Of a stretch of DNA of 64,000 nt, positions 1 to 9,397 are shown piece after piece. The stretch spans positions 40,568-104,567 of the forward strand of contig DAOTIQ010000001.1 in NCBI GenBank assembly GCA_035448245.1, in the 5' to 3' direction. The DNA comes from Thermovirgaceae bacterium. GTDB lineage: Bacteria > Synergistota > Synergistia > Synergistales > Thermovirgaceae. Position 1 is the first letter of the stretch. Every line of letters starts with the position of its first letter. Position numbers and translations under genes: made by a program. The notes under the pieces are model-generated. The model was not told the DNA's origin. It searched no databases and saw only the letters and a list, made by a program, of their open reading frames with translations.

Positions 1-58
1 TTCCGCCCTTGAAAAAGGACTTGAGATCGCTTCAGAACTAAGATCTTCGGGGGATATC

Positions 59-1216
59 GTGGTGGAGATCCCCAATCCCTCCGCTGGCGCTAAGGAGATG
101 GTGCTCAACGGATCCGATGCGGTTTCCCTCGGGGCTATTGCCGGAGGGTGCGATTTTATCGCTTCCTACCCCATGTCCCCCGCTACGGGTGTTCTGACAT
201 TTATGGCCAGGCATGCCAGAAAATTTGGCGTTGCCGTGGAGCAGGCCGAGGACGAGATCGCGGCGATAAACATGGCCACAGGTGCTTCATACGGGGGAGC
301 CAGGTCAATGGTGAGTACTTCCGGCGGTGGGCTTTCCCTGATGTCAGAGGGAGTAAGCCTGGCGGGAATAACCGAGATCCCGGTGGTGCTCCATATAGGT
401 CAGCGTCCCGGCCCGGCTACGGGTATGGCCACAAGGACCGAACAGGGAGACCTTAACCTTGCCGTTTTTTGCGGCCACGGGGATATCCCCAGAATAGTTT
501 TTGCGCCGGGGACCCTGGAGCAGGCATTCAGATACACGAGAGAAGCTTTCAACCTGGCGGCAGAGTTCCAGATCCCTGTATTTGTTCTGACAGACCAGTA
601 TTTCCTGAACTCTTTCTACAACATCCCTCCATTTGACCTTCAAGACTTCAGAGTTGAAAGGCATCTTGTCGAGGCCGTCCCGGGCTACAGAAGATATGAA
701 AACACTCCTGATGGAGTCTCCCCGAGGAGCGTTCCTGGTTTTGGAATGGAACTGGTCGGGACAGACAGCCACGAACACGATGCATGGGGTCATGCTCAGG
801 AGGATTTTGAACTGAGAAAAAGTATGGTGGAGAAACGGCTTCGGAAAATGAAGGGTATCTTGGGAAAAGCCGAGAAACCGACCCTGGAGGGGCCTGAAGA
901 TTTCAGGGATCTTGTGGTTTCCTGGGGATCCACCTGTCACATAGTTAGGGAAGCCCTTGAAAAGACAAATAGTGGAAAGGTCGCTCATCTCCATTTTGGA
1001 CAGGTTTTCCCTCTCCACAGAGATACGGTGGACATTCTGGCGAGTGCCGAAAGGGTCGTGGCTGTGGAGGGTAACGCGACGGGACAATTTGCCGGGCTCA
1101 TCAGAAAGGAAACAGGGTTTTTGATCGAAGAAAAGGTGCTCTGGTACAGCGGGCTCCAGATGTCTGTCGAGACGGTAGCTCAAGGCCTGAAAGAACGCTT
1201 GGGACAGGGAGGTTAG
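59..1216 (+). CDS. 2-oxoacid:ferredoxin oxidoreductase, alpha subunit (Kor/Por/Vor family; substrate not assignable)
   Basis: The N-terminal block [29 protein letters not shown]...[18 protein letters not shown] is the POR_N signature. A TPP-binding beta subunit follows 3 nt downstream. GTG59 has GGGGGA 4 nt upstream, but the frame stays open to nt 2. The true start could therefore be off-window (fused gamma-alpha form). Confidence 0.85.
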   Translation: MVEIPNPSAGAKEMVLNGSDAVSLGAIAGGCDFIASYPMSPATGVLTFMARHARKFGVAVEQAEDEIAAINMATGASYGGARSMVSTSGGGLSLMSEGVSLAGITEIPVVLHIGQRPGPATGMATRTEQGDLNLAVFCGHGDIPRIVFAPGTLEQAFRYTREAFNLAAEFQIPVFVLTDQYFLNSFYNIPPFDLQDFRVERHLVEAVPGYRRYENTPDGVSPRSVPGFGMELVGTDSHEHDAWGHAQEDFELRKSMVEKRLRKMKGILGKAEKPTLEGPEDFRDLVVSWGSTCHIVREALEKTNSGKVAHLHFGQVFPLHRDTVDILASAERVVAVEGNATGQFAGLIRKETGFLIEEKVLWYSGLQMSVETVAQGLKERLGQGG

Positions 1217-1218
1217 AG

Positions 1219-2079
1219 ATGGATCACAGAATATATGATCTGGAAGGGATCGACAACCAGTGGTGTCCTGGATGCGGAGACTTTCAGATAATGGAGGCTT
1301 TGAAAAAAGCCCTTTCCGAGCTTGATATTCCCCCCGAGAAGGTGGTCCTGTTCTCTGGCATAGGACAGGCGGCCAAGATGCCTCATTTTATGAGAGGGCA
1401 CTTCTTTAATGGCCTGCATGGACGGTCTATCTCCAACGCGACTGGAATGAAGGCCGCGAACCGTGACCTTACGGTCCTTGCGATCGGAGGGGACGGGGAT
1501 ATGTATGGCGAGGGTGGAAACCACTTTACCCATACGATCCGTCGAAATCCGGATATCACGAACCTCGTCCACAACAACAGGGTTTATGGTCTGACCAAGG
1601 GACAGGCTTCCCCCACAAGCCCCAGGGGTTTTGTAACTCCTGTACAGGTGGACGGAGTTTTTCCGGAGCCCTTCAATCCCGTCGCGATCGCTGTTGCCCA
1701 GGGCGCGTCCTTTGTGGCCAGGGCTTTTTCGGGGAATGTGGAGCAGACAGTGAGTATTATCAAACAGGCGATACTTCACAGAGGGTATTCTCTGGTGGAT
1801 ATTTTCCAGCCCTGCGTATCCTTCAACCGCGTAAACACCTTTGCCTGGTACAGGGAGAACACTTACGAGATCCCGGCGGGACACGATCCGGGTGACAGGA
1901 AGGCAGCCCTCGACAGGGCCATGGAGGAGGCGCCCTATCCTCTCGGGGTAATTTTCCGGGACGGGGACCGAAAGACTTTCGAAGATTCTCTGGCGGTGTA
2001 CGAGGAGGACGACAGGCCGCTTTTCATGAGGGAATACGGCCCCGAAAGGATAAAAGATTATATGGCCTCATTGATCTGA
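1219..2079 (+). CDS. 2-oxoacid:ferredoxin oxidoreductase, beta (TPP-binding) subunit
   Basis: Carries the CPGCGD motif near the N-terminus and the TPP motif LAIGGDGDMYGEGGNH. It is tightly linked to the alpha subunit. Confidence 0.88.
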   Translation: MDHRIYDLEGIDNQWCPGCGDFQIMEALKKALSELDIPPEKVVLFSGIGQAAKMPHFMRGHFFNGLHGRSISNATGMKAANRDLTVLAIGGDGDMYGEGGNHFTHTIRRNPDITNLVHNNRVYGLTKGQASPTSPRGFVTPVQVDGVFPEPFNPVAIAVAQGASFVARAFSGNVEQTVSIIKQAILHRGYSLVDIFQPCVSFNRVNTFAWYRENTYEIPAGHDPGDRKAALDRAMEEAPYPLGVIFRDGDRKTFEDSLAVYEEDDRPLFMREYGPERIKDYMASLI

Positions 2080-2125
2080 CATGATCGGATCGGAAGGCGA
2101 AAAAACAGCAAGGGAGGAAAGGATA

Positions 2126-2470
2126 ATGGAGTTTAAAAAGACCGCAGCGGCAATAGGGATCCTTCTGTTGCTCGCGACGACAGCTGTCGGACACCCCCCT
2201 TCATCTATGGAGATCGAATATTCGAAGGATGACGGAGTTCTTTCGATAGGTATCGTTCACCCTGTCGGCGATGTGTCGACACACTTTATCGAGAGCGTAA
2301 CCGTTTCGGTCGATGGCAACACCGTGGCGGATCTGGTCTATCTGGAGCAATGGGATAAAGGCGGGGAGAAGATAGTTGTTACGATCGGCAGGTTCGGCCC
2401 GGGGTCGAAGATATCCGTAAAAGCGGTATGCAACAAGATCGGTACCCTCGAAAAAACATTGGATCTGTAG
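2126..2470 (+). CDS. small exported protein with superoxide-reductase (desulfoferrodoxin Fe-domain)-like motif pattern; function unknown
   Basis: ATG2126 is preceded by AGGGAGGAAAGG. The Sec-type signal is MEFKKTAAAIGILLLLATTAVG|HPP. The mature part shows H-P..IEY...VHPx7HFIExV...VCNKIG, reminiscent of neelaredoxin/SOR ligand blocks. The ORF-track start at 2081 has no RBS. Confidence 0.6.
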   Translation: MEFKKTAAAIGILLLLATTAVGHPPSSMEIEYSKDDGVLSIGIVHPVGDVSTHFIESVTVSVDGNTVADLVYLEQWDKGGEKIVVTIGRFGPGSKISVKAVCNKIGTLEKTLDL

Positions 2471-2490
2471 GTTTATCGGGGGAAAAAACT

Positions 2491-2511
2491 GGCGGGGCAA
2501 AAAGCCCCGCC
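2491..2511. terminator. bidirectional intrinsic terminator between convergent genes
   Basis: Stem ggcggggc / gccccgcc with an aaaaa loop. An A-run lies upstream and a T-containing tract downstream, so it can serve both strands. Confidence 0.7.
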
Positions 2512-2530
2512 TCAAATTATTTGGCGTCGC

Positions 2531-3280
2531 TCACTTCCAGTCGAGGTTGAGAATTCTCTTCCATGTGAAGTTCTGGATGACCTCCGTTGAGGGCTTTCCT
2601 CCCCTTGACAGCGATTCGTAATCCGAAAGCAGGAGGGAATAGGCCTCCTTGCGTTCGGGGATCTGCTCCGCGTCCCTTACCATTGCGGTGATCTTGTGTA
2701 ATTGTCTATAGACCTCCGGGATCACCTGGAAGTTGGGGCCTTCACCTGTGAGAGCTATTGTGTAGACAAAAGTCAGAGTCCTGCTTCCCCCGAACTGTGG
2801 AAGATCCTTGTATGCGGGGAGGTTCGGAGAGACGAAAAGCCCTATCCCCCTTGGCGCGTATACCTTGACGGGTATGGAATCCCAATAGGTCTGTCCCAGA
2901 GGGCTGATTATTACCCAGGCTCTCGGGGTGTTTGTGGTCACGCCGATCCAGAGGTATATTCCTCTGGATCGATCTCCGGGTCTTGTCAGTGTTATGGACC
3001 ACAAAAGATCTTTTCTAAAGTCACCATCGGCGTATGGTTCGACGACGTTTTCGCCTGAATAGACGTATCCCTCGATCGGAAGGATCTTCTGTATACCTGC
3101 GGGTGATCTTAAAAGGGCCGATGTTATGACTCCCTCGCTTACCTCCAGAACCAGGTTGACAGGATGGCCCGGTACCGAGAGTATCTTGAGATATTGCGCA
3201 TGGGAAGAAGCCGGGAAAAAGACCGCGATCGCAAACATGACGGATAGAAGGGACGCGGTTTTTTTCATTCGAGAGATCAA
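2531..3280 (-). CDS. hypothetical exported protein
   Basis: Signal peptide ...MKKTASLLSVMFAIAVFFPASSHA|Q; no family recognised. The start is uncertain. TTG3280 lies 8 nt after AAGGAG, GTG3289 overlaps the RBS, and ATG3268 is also possible. Confidence 0.55.
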   Translation of the reverse strand: MISRMKKTASLLSVMFAIAVFFPASSHAQYLKILSVPGHPVNLVLEVSEGVITSALLRSPAGIQKILPIEGYVYSGENVVEPYADGDFRKDLLWSITLTRPGDRSRGIYLWIGVTTNTPRAWVIISPLGQTYWDSIPVKVYAPRGIGLFVSPNLPAYKDLPQFGGSRTLTFVYTIALTGEGPNFQVIPEVYRQLHKITAMVRDAEQIPERKEAYSLLLSDYESLSRGGKPSTEVIQNFTWKRILNLDWK

Positions 3281-3308
3281 TGCTATCACTCCTTAAGAGA
3301 TGGGTATA

Positions 3309-3791
3309 TCAAAGACTGGTTATCTTCTCAATATTTTTATGTTCGACCTGTTCGGCCAGTTCCTTCACGCTTTTGCCGAGAAGGGGGTGGACCCAGTCCG
3401 GTGCTATCTGCATAAGGGGGACCAGGACAAAGGCCCTCCGGTGCATCTCCTGGTGAGGAATAACGAGGTCCTTTTCGTTTACCGCGATGTCGTCCATGAA
3501 CAGAATGTCCAGATCTATCTCCCGGGGTCCCCACCGGAACCTGTCGATCCTCCCCATTTCGTCTTCTATGGATTTGAGTTTTTCCAACATTTCCCCGGGT
3601 TCATCATCGGACTCGACAAGGATGCACGCGTTGAGAAAAGCCGGCTGGTCGACCACTCCCCATGGGGGTGTTTCGTAGACATCGCTCAAGGCCAGTATCC
3701 TGAGCCCTTTTTCCCGAAGGAGGTTCAAGGCCTGGCGCAAACAGGAAAGCCTGTCTCCGAGGTTGCTGCCGAGAGATAATCCCGCTCGCAT
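3309..3791 (-). CDS. folK: 2-amino-4-hydroxy-6-hydroxymethyldihydropteridine diphosphokinase (HPPK)
   Basis: LSLGSNLGDR...YETPPWG...DQPAFLN...GPREIDLDIL are HPPK signature blocks. Confidence 0.9.
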   Translation of the reverse strand: MRAGLSLGSNLGDRLSCLRQALNLLREKGLRILALSDVYETPPWGVVDQPAFLNACILVESDDEPGEMLEKLKSIEDEMGRIDRFRWGPREIDLDILFMDDIAVNEKDLVIPHQEMHRRAFVLVPLMQIAPDWVHPLLGKSVKELAEQVEHKNIEKITSL

Positions 3792-5005
3792 CAGGCCTTT
3801 CCCCCTTTCAGTGCCTCTATCATTTTTACGGCTCGCAGATTCTGTCCCACATCATGCACCCTCACAAGGGGGACTTCCTTCATGGCGCAGAAGGCCGAAA
3901 TGGCAAGGGTTCCCTCAAGGCGCTCGGAAGGTTTGTCCAGTTCCAGTACCCTTCCGATAGAACTCTTCCTTGAGTGTCCGACGAGAATCGGTCTTCCGAG
4001 GGTGGAAAAGGAATCGATCTGTGCAATTACCTCAAGGCTCTGGCTGGAATTCTTGGAAAAACCGATCCCCGGGTCCAGGATCACGCTCTGTGGCGAGATC
4101 CCCGCTTCTGCGGCGGACCTTATACGGTCGAAGAAAAAAGCCGTTATTTCCCCGATCAGATCCCTGTAGGCATATTTTTTGTGCATCCCGTCAGGGACTT
4201 CCATGGCATGCATAATAACGACAGGATTCCCGGTCCTGGCCAGGAGAGGGAACATCAGTGGGTCGAAAATGCCACCGGAAATGTCGTTAATAATGTCTGC
4301 TCCCGCCTCGATAGCCTCGGAAGCCGTGTCTGCCCGGTAAGTGTCGGCGGAGATCAACGCCTCCGGAACCCTTTCCCGCACAGCTTTTATTGCCGGTATC
4401 AGCCTGTCTCGTTCTTCGGGACCCGATAGAGGTGTGGATCCGGGTCTTGTCGATTCGGCCCCCAGGTCTATAATGTCCGCTCCTTCCATGTCCATTTTCT
4501 CGGCCATGTCCGCGCATGCCTCCGTGGTGGATGCCCTGCTTCCGCTGTAGAAGGAGCTGTCGTTGACGTTAATTATTCCCATTATGGCCGTTCTGCCGCC
4601 CAGATCAAGGGGAGGTCGTCCCGGAAGCGGGATCTCCCACTTCCTGATATTGGCAGCTCCGGTGGCGGCTTCAAGTTCTTCTCTGACGACATCCAGGCCC
4701 CAGTAGGGCATGGCTCCAAGTTTTTCGAGAAGGCTACTGAAGACTTTGCGGGTTCCCATCAATATTACATCGCACCTGGCTACAGATCCGTCGATCGCCC
4801 CCCGGTGGACTATGGCGTCACCGTCTCTGGAAAGCATTTCCTGCTTAAGGGCGTTGGCGGCACGGAAATCGATATCTGCAAGGTGAAAGGCCAGTATCTC
4901 TCTTTTCTGATCGAAATAGGGCATACTGCGGACATCGGCCCCTGTAAGGGAGAGGGCCTTGCGCAGGTCATGGTCGTTCTGGAGATGGAAGCGGTATACG
5001 GTCAT
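3791..5005 (-). CDS. folP: dihydropteroate synthase with an extra N-terminal domain of about 140 aa
   Basis: The C-terminal 260 aa (IMGIINVNDSSFYSG...GADIIDLGAESTRPG...ISADTY...INDISG...ILDPGIGF.K) is a pterin-binding DHPS. ATG5005 (MTVYRF) is preceded by AGGAGAG. The longer ORF to 5374 overlaps the upstream gene and was trimmed. Confidence 0.88.
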   Translation of the reverse strand: MTVYRFHLQNDHDLRKALSLTGADVRSMPYFDQKREILAFHLADIDFRAANALKQEMLSRDGDAIVHRGAIDGSVARCDVILMGTRKVFSSLLEKLGAMPYWGLDVVREELEAATGAANIRKWEIPLPGRPPLDLGGRTAIMGIINVNDSSFYSGSRASTTEACADMAEKMDMEGADIIDLGAESTRPGSTPLSGPEERDRLIPAIKAVRERVPEALISADTYRADTASEAIEAGADIINDISGGIFDPLMFPLLARTGNPVVIMHAMEVPDGMHKKYAYRDLIGEITAFFFDRIRSAAEAGISPQSVILDPGIGFSKNSSQSLEVIAQIDSFSTLGRPILVGHSRKSSIGRVLELDKPSERLEGTLAISAFCAMKEVPLVRVHDVGQNLRAVKMIEALKGGKA

Positions 5006-5052
5006 TATTTTCCTGCTCTCCTGTTTGAAGGATGAGATCTGGCCGCTGGGGC

Positions 5053-5700
5053 TCAGACCCACTCGCTGATAATGTGTTCGAGATGAGATGTCTGGTTGAG
5101 CGAAACAAGACAGTACCCTCTTTCTTTTTCGAAGGTCATTACCGAGAAGGAAGCGGTATCGATATGGATCCTCCAGAAATATGGATCCCTGATGTTGATT
5201 GCAGCTGCCAGAAGGGGCTTCAGGACAGCCCTGTGGGAAACGATTGTGAAGGTTTCTCCCTCGTGGATGTTTACCAGGTTGTCCAGGTTTGCGAAAGCAC
5301 GGCGCTGGACATCCGAGAGGGTCTCTGCACCCGAAATGTGCAGTCTCTCCGGGTGAGAAAGCCACAGCCTCCACTCCTCGGGGTATTCCTGCTCAATTTC
5401 TTTCTTTTTTCGGTTTTCCCATTTGCCGAGGGCCATGTTGTTAAATCCCTGACGGATCTCAACCGGTACCCCGCCTTCTTCGCCGATTGCGCGGGCCGTC
5501 TCGATGCTCCTCGCAAGGGGGCTCGAATACACTACGGAAATATCCTGTGACGAAAGAACCTTTGCCAGAGCTCTCGCCTGTTCCAACCCCGATCCGTTCA
5601 GAGGGAAATCGGTTCTACCCCTGAAAAGACCCTCCCTGTTACCTTCGCACTCTCCGTGTCTTACAAGTACTATTGTGGTCCTTCTTTTTCCGTTGGACAA
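5053..5700 (-). CDS. histidine phosphatase family protein (phosphoglycerate mutase/cobC-like)
   Basis: Carries the LVRHGE..GN catalytic RHG motif. TTG start with GGAGGG 10 nt upstream. It lies upstream of folP-folK on the same strand. Confidence 0.8.
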   Translation of the reverse strand: MSNGKRRTTIVLVRHGECEGNREGLFRGRTDFPLNGSGLEQARALAKVLSSQDISVVYSSPLARSIETARAIGEEGGVPVEIRQGFNNMALGKWENRKKKEIEQEYPEEWRLWLSHPERLHISGAETLSDVQRRAFANLDNLVNIHEGETFTIVSHRAVLKPLLAAAINIRDPYFWRIHIDTASFSVMTFEKERGYCLVSLNQTSHLEHIISEWV

Positions 5701-5794
5701 AACGAGGTCCCTCCAAAGTAGCAGAATACTGAAAACCGGGGACTATTTTAGGCTAAAGAGGGGACGATTTGGGGAGGTTTTCATCTGACCAGTG

Positions 5795-5823
5795 TTGACA
5801 ATAGGCGATGCGATTGCTAATCT
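5795..5823 (+). promoter_or_regulatory. sigma-70-type promoter of the hrcA-dnaK operon (TTGACA-17 nt-TAATCT)
   Basis: TTGACA at 5795-5800, a 17-nt spacer, and TAATCT at 5818-5823. It lies about 20 nt upstream of CIRCE. Confidence 0.6.
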
Positions 5824-5843
5824 ACCTTTCGGGTCCAAAGCTG

Positions 5844-5870
5844 TTAGCACTCCAGTATTGAGAGTGCTAA
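5844..5870 (+). promoter_or_regulatory. CIRCE operator (HrcA binding site), perfect TTAGCACTC-N9-GAGTGCTAA
   Basis: Exact match to the consensus 9-9-9 inverted repeat, read directly from the sequence. It sits between the promoter and hrcA. Confidence 0.93.
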
Positions 5871-5893
5871 TGACATCCAGGGAGATGTTTACG

Positions 5894-6913
5894 GTGCTGA
5901 GTGAAAGACATCTTGAGGTTGTTCTTGCTGTTGTGTACGAATATATCAAGACAGGAGAACCCATAGGATCCCGGACCATATCCAGGAAGTACCTGAGGGA
6001 CCGAAGCGCGGCCACTATCAGGAATGAAATGGCAGATCTGGAAGAGATGGAATATCTCTACCAGCCACATACTTCCGCGGGTCGAATACCGACACCCAGG
6101 GCCTACAGGGTTTATGTTGACGCTATCCTCAGACGACAGCGCTCCTTTCCCCTGGAAGATGACCTTTGGGTCCGGGAACTGAGGGCCCGAAGAAAGGATG
6201 CCGAGGAGGCTTTGGTCTATGCCACCAGGCTCCTTGGAAAGATAACCAGTTATATCGGTGTGGCTGCCCTTGGCCCTGTAAGCGAAACAGTGCTTCAGAG
6301 GGTCGAATTCGTTCGGATGGGGCACCGGACCTTGCTGATCCTTCTTGTGCTCAAGGGTGGTCTGATCCACCACAAGACCGTAACTCTGCCATGTGATATG
6401 ACACAGGAAGCCCTTGACGAACTCTCCAGAAGGGTTTCGGTAGTTGCCGTAGGTCGTTCCTGGAAGGACGTAAGGGGTGTTCTCCAGTCCTATGTTGAGG
6501 ATGCCCTCGAGAAGTACGCCGAGAACTGCAGGTCTGCCATTTCTGAAATGGACGGAATAATGATGGACCAGACCTTCCAGTTTTTTACTGGAGGGACCCA
6601 CAATGTCCTTGGTATGCCCGATTTCAGCGATCTGGGTCGCCTCCAGGCAATAATGGCCCTCCTGGAGGAGGGCGAGTCTATGAGCAAACTGGTCAACGAC
6701 TGCTCGGCCGAGCAGGGATTGTGCATAACCATAGGTGATGAAAATCCCGTGTTTCAGATGCGGGACTGCTCAATAGTAATGGCCTCGGCCAAAACCGGGG
6801 GAAGAAAGGCTGTCGTGGGGCTGATCGGCCCCGTGCGCATGGATTACGAGAGATCCATATCGGTTCTGGAGGGAATACTGGATACTCTTTCCGCGGACGT
6901 AGAAGTCGAATAG
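5894..6913 (+). CDS. hrcA: heat-inducible transcription repressor HrcA
   Basis: GTG5894 lies 9 nt after AGGGAG and gives an N-terminus (M)LSERHLEVVLAVVYEYIKTGEPIGSRTISRKY, typical of HrcA, at a length of about 339 aa. The upstream part of the ORF (5792-5893) covers the promoter and CIRCE. Confidence 0.9.
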   Translation: MLSERHLEVVLAVVYEYIKTGEPIGSRTISRKYLRDRSAATIRNEMADLEEMEYLYQPHTSAGRIPTPRAYRVYVDAILRRQRSFPLEDDLWVRELRARRKDAEEALVYATRLLGKITSYIGVAALGPVSETVLQRVEFVRMGHRTLLILLVLKGGLIHHKTVTLPCDMTQEALDELSRRVSVVAVGRSWKDVRGVLQSYVEDALEKYAENCRSAISEMDGIMMDQTFQFFTGGTHNVLGMPDFSDLGRLQAIMALLEEGESMSKLVNDCSAEQGLCITIGDENPVFQMRDCSIVMASAKTGGRKAVVGLIGPVRMDYERSISVLEGILDTLSADVEVE

Positions 6914-6925
6914 GGAGGCATTTCA

Positions 6926-7534
6926 ATGAAAATGGCAGAAGATGGCAAGTTTTCCGAAAAAGAACAGGAGGAGGCCCTGGGGCCTACGGGCGATGAAATA
7001 GAGGAAGTTGTCGGGCACGACCTTCAGGATGGGGAAGAGAATGTAGATGAGCTCAGAGCCTCCAGGGAGTTGGCAGAGAAGCTCATGGAAGAGAACGAAA
7101 AGCTCAAGGATGCCGCTGCCAGGACGAGGGCGGATTTCTTCAATTACCGCCAGCGGGTGGAACGGGACAGGGAACGTCTCGCCAGATCTGCCTCTGAAGA
7201 TGCCGCCGAAGCGCTGATACCGGTTCTTGACAACCTTGAGAGAGCTCTTTCGTCTCCATCGGGGGATTTCGACTCTCTTTTCAAAGGCGTGGAGATGGTG
7301 AGGAACCAGTTCTTTTCGGTTCTGGAAGGCCTGGGCCTTTCCAGGATAGAGACGGGGGGACAACCTTTTGACCCTGCCTTTCATGAGGCTGTAGCGATAG
7401 AGGAGATCGAAGACGAATCCCTCGATGGGGTTATAACAGAGGAATTACAGCCCGGTTATACCATCGCCGGGAAAGTTTTAAGGGCTGCAAGGGTAAGGGT
7501 TGCCAGAGCAATTCAGCGTGGTACAGAACAATAA
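6926..7534 (+). CDS. grpE: nucleotide exchange factor GrpE
   Basis: Acidic N-terminus with a coiled coil, and C-terminal F.P..HEAV......G.V.....GY. Position in the hrcA-grpE-dnaK order fits. Confidence 0.93.
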   Translation: MKMAEDGKFSEKEQEEALGPTGDEIEEVVGHDLQDGEENVDELRASRELAEKLMEENEKLKDAAARTRADFFNYRQRVERDRERLARSASEDAAEALIPVLDNLERALSSPSGDFDSLFKGVEMVRNQFFSVLEGLGLSRIETGGQPFDPAFHEAVAIEEIEDESLDGVITEELQPGYTIAGKVLRAARVRVARAIQRGTEQ

Positions 7535-7557
7535 ACGACATACGGGGTGATGTTTGA

Positions 7558-9384
7558 ATGAGTAAGGTTATCGGGATCGATCTTGGAACAACGAACAGCT
7601 GTGTCGCTGTAAAGGAAGGCGACCATGTTACGGTGATAACTAACGCCGAAGGTGCAAGGACAACCCCTTCGGTAGTTGCTTTCACTAAAGAGAAGGAGAG
7701 ACTTGTCGGTCAACTGGCCAAACGTCAGGCCATAGTAAACCCTGAGAGGACCATATCATCGATCAAGCGCCACATGGGTTCCGATCACAAGGTTGAAGTT
7801 GACAATACAGCCCATAACCCGCAGCAGATATCGGCGATGATCCTCCAGAAACTCAAAAGGGACGCGGAGGAATACCTCGGCGAAAAGGTCGGGCAGGCGG
7901 TCATTACTGTTCCGGCCTACTTTACCGATGCCCAGAGGCAGGCCACCAAGGACGCAGGGCGCATTGCCGGTCTGGAGGTTCTTCGCATAATCAACGAGCC
8001 TACTGCTGCAGCCCTGGCCTACGGTACTGATAAAGGCGGGGATAACAAGATCCTTGTTTTTGACCTTGGAGGCGGAACTTTCGATGTTTCTGTTCTGGAT
8101 GTCGGGATCGAGGACGGGGTTATCGAGGTTCTCGCGACCTCCGGCGATAATCTGCTTGGAGGTGATGACTGGGATCAGAAGATCATGGATCTCATGGTTT
8201 CGGAGTTCAAAAAGAGTGAGGGGATAGACCTTTCGAAGGACAAGATGGCCCTGCAGAGGCTTCGCGAAGCTGCCGAGAAGGCCAAGGTAGAACTTTCGAC
8301 AATGTCGGAGACATCCATATCCCTTCCTTTCATCACTGCCGATGCCAGTGGACCAAAGCATTTCGAGATGACCCTTACGCGGGCCCGTTTCGAAGAGATA
8401 ACCAGGTCCCTTCTGGACAGGGTTGTTCAGCCGACCAAAAGGGCGCTGAACGATTCGGGCCTGACCCGCGAGGAGATAAGCAAGGTCCTTCTTGTCGGGG
8501 GTGCCACCAGAATGCCCATGGTCCAGAAAAAGATAGTGGAACTACTCGGCAAGGAACCTACGAAGGGGATCAACCCCGATGAGTGTGTCGCCGTTGGCGC
8601 CGCGATCCAGGGAGCCATACTTACAGGTGAGCACAAGGATATTATCCTGGTGGATGTCACGCCCCTTTCGCTCGGGATCGAGACCCTGGGAGGCGTTTTT
8701 ACAAAGATAATTGACAGAAACACAGCCATACCGGTCTCAAAGAGCCAGGTATTCTCGACGGCCTCCGACAATCAGCCCCAGGTAGAGATCCACGTTCTTC
8801 AGGGAGAACGATCCATGGCGGGAGACAATGTAACCCTGGGCAAGTTCTTCCTTGACGGTATCCCGCCTGCACCGAGGGGGATCCCCCAGATAGAGGTTAC
8901 CTTTGACATCGATGTAAACGGCATTCTCAATGTCAGCGCAAAGGACAAGGGAACATCGAGGGAACAGCATGTCACGATCCAGTCCTCGAGACTTGCCGAG
9001 GACGAGATCGAGAAGATGACGAGAGAAGCCGAGGAGAACCAGGAGTCGGACAAGAAGAAAAAGGAACTTGTCGATGCGCGCAACGAGGCGGACTCTCTTA
9101 TCTACAGCACGGAGAAGATGATCTCCGATCTAGGGGAAAAAGTGACCGAAGAAGAGAAAACCAGGATCAGCGGAGAGATAGAAGATGTCAAAAAGGCCCT
9201 CGGGGAAGAGAACCCGGAGGGTATCCGCCAGGTGGCGGAGAAATTGACGAAGAGCCTTCATGAGATGTCTTCACGGCTTTACGCCCAGGCCGGCTCTGAG
9301 GATGCCTCCGATGGTACCGAACCAGAAGGCAGCGACGGCGAAGAGACCGTCGACGCAGAGTTCGAAGACAACGGAAAGGTCTGA
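7558..9384 (+). CDS. dnaK: molecular chaperone DnaK (Hsp70)
   Basis: Carries [17 protein letters not shown] and [11 protein letters not shown] motifs at full length. Confidence 0.98.
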   Translation: MSKVIGIDLGTTNSCVAVKEGDHVTVITNAEGARTTPSVVAFTKEKERLVGQLAKRQAIVNPERTISSIKRHMGSDHKVEVDNTAHNPQQISAMILQKLKRDAEEYLGEKVGQAVITVPAYFTDAQRQATKDAGRIAGLEVLRIINEPTAAALAYGTDKGGDNKILVFDLGGGTFDVSVLDVGIEDGVIEVLATSGDNLLGGDDWDQKIMDLMVSEFKKSEGIDLSKDKMALQRLREAAEKAKVELSTMSETSISLPFITADASGPKHFEMTLTRARFEEITRSLLDRVVQPTKRALNDSGLTREEISKVLLVGGATRMPMVQKKIVELLGKEPTKGINPDECVAVGAAIQGAILTGEHKDIILVDVTPLSLGIETLGGVFTKIIDRNTAIPVSKSQVFSTASDNQPQVEIHVLQGERSMAGDNVTLGKFFLDGIPPAPRGIPQIEVTFDIDVNGILNVSAKDKGTSREQHVTIQSSRLAEDEIEKMTREAEENQESDKKKKELVDARNEADSLIYSTEKMISDLGEKVTEEEKTRISGEIEDVKKALGEENPEGIRQVAEKLTKSLHEMSSRLYAQAGSEDASDGTEPEGSDGEETVDAEFEDNGKV

Positions 9385-9397
9385 GGAGTGAAACGGT

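Noticed and set aside
1-58. Possibility that the first gene is the C-terminal part of a longer fused gamma-alpha subunit
   Set aside because: - This is not rejected outright, but it cannot be decided. The frame is open to nt 2.
- Frames 1 and 3 have stops at 10-12 and 37-39, compatible with a separate upstream gene.
- GTG59 has a plausible RBS. I therefore reported the conservative coordinates 59-1216.
5006-5374. N-terminal 123 aa of the 527-aa folP ORF
   Set aside because: - This stretch overlaps the 3' part of the histidine phosphatase gene in another frame.
- It is Pro/Gly/Arg-rich.
- A good RBS precedes the internal ATG5005, where the recognisable protein begins.
5792-5893. Upstream extension of the hrcA ORF (GTG5792 / ATG5870 / ATG5885)
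   Set aside because: - The extension would translate through the TTGACA/TAATCT promoter and the CIRCE operator.
- GTG5894 has a properly spaced AGGGAG and gives the canonical HrcA N-terminus and length.
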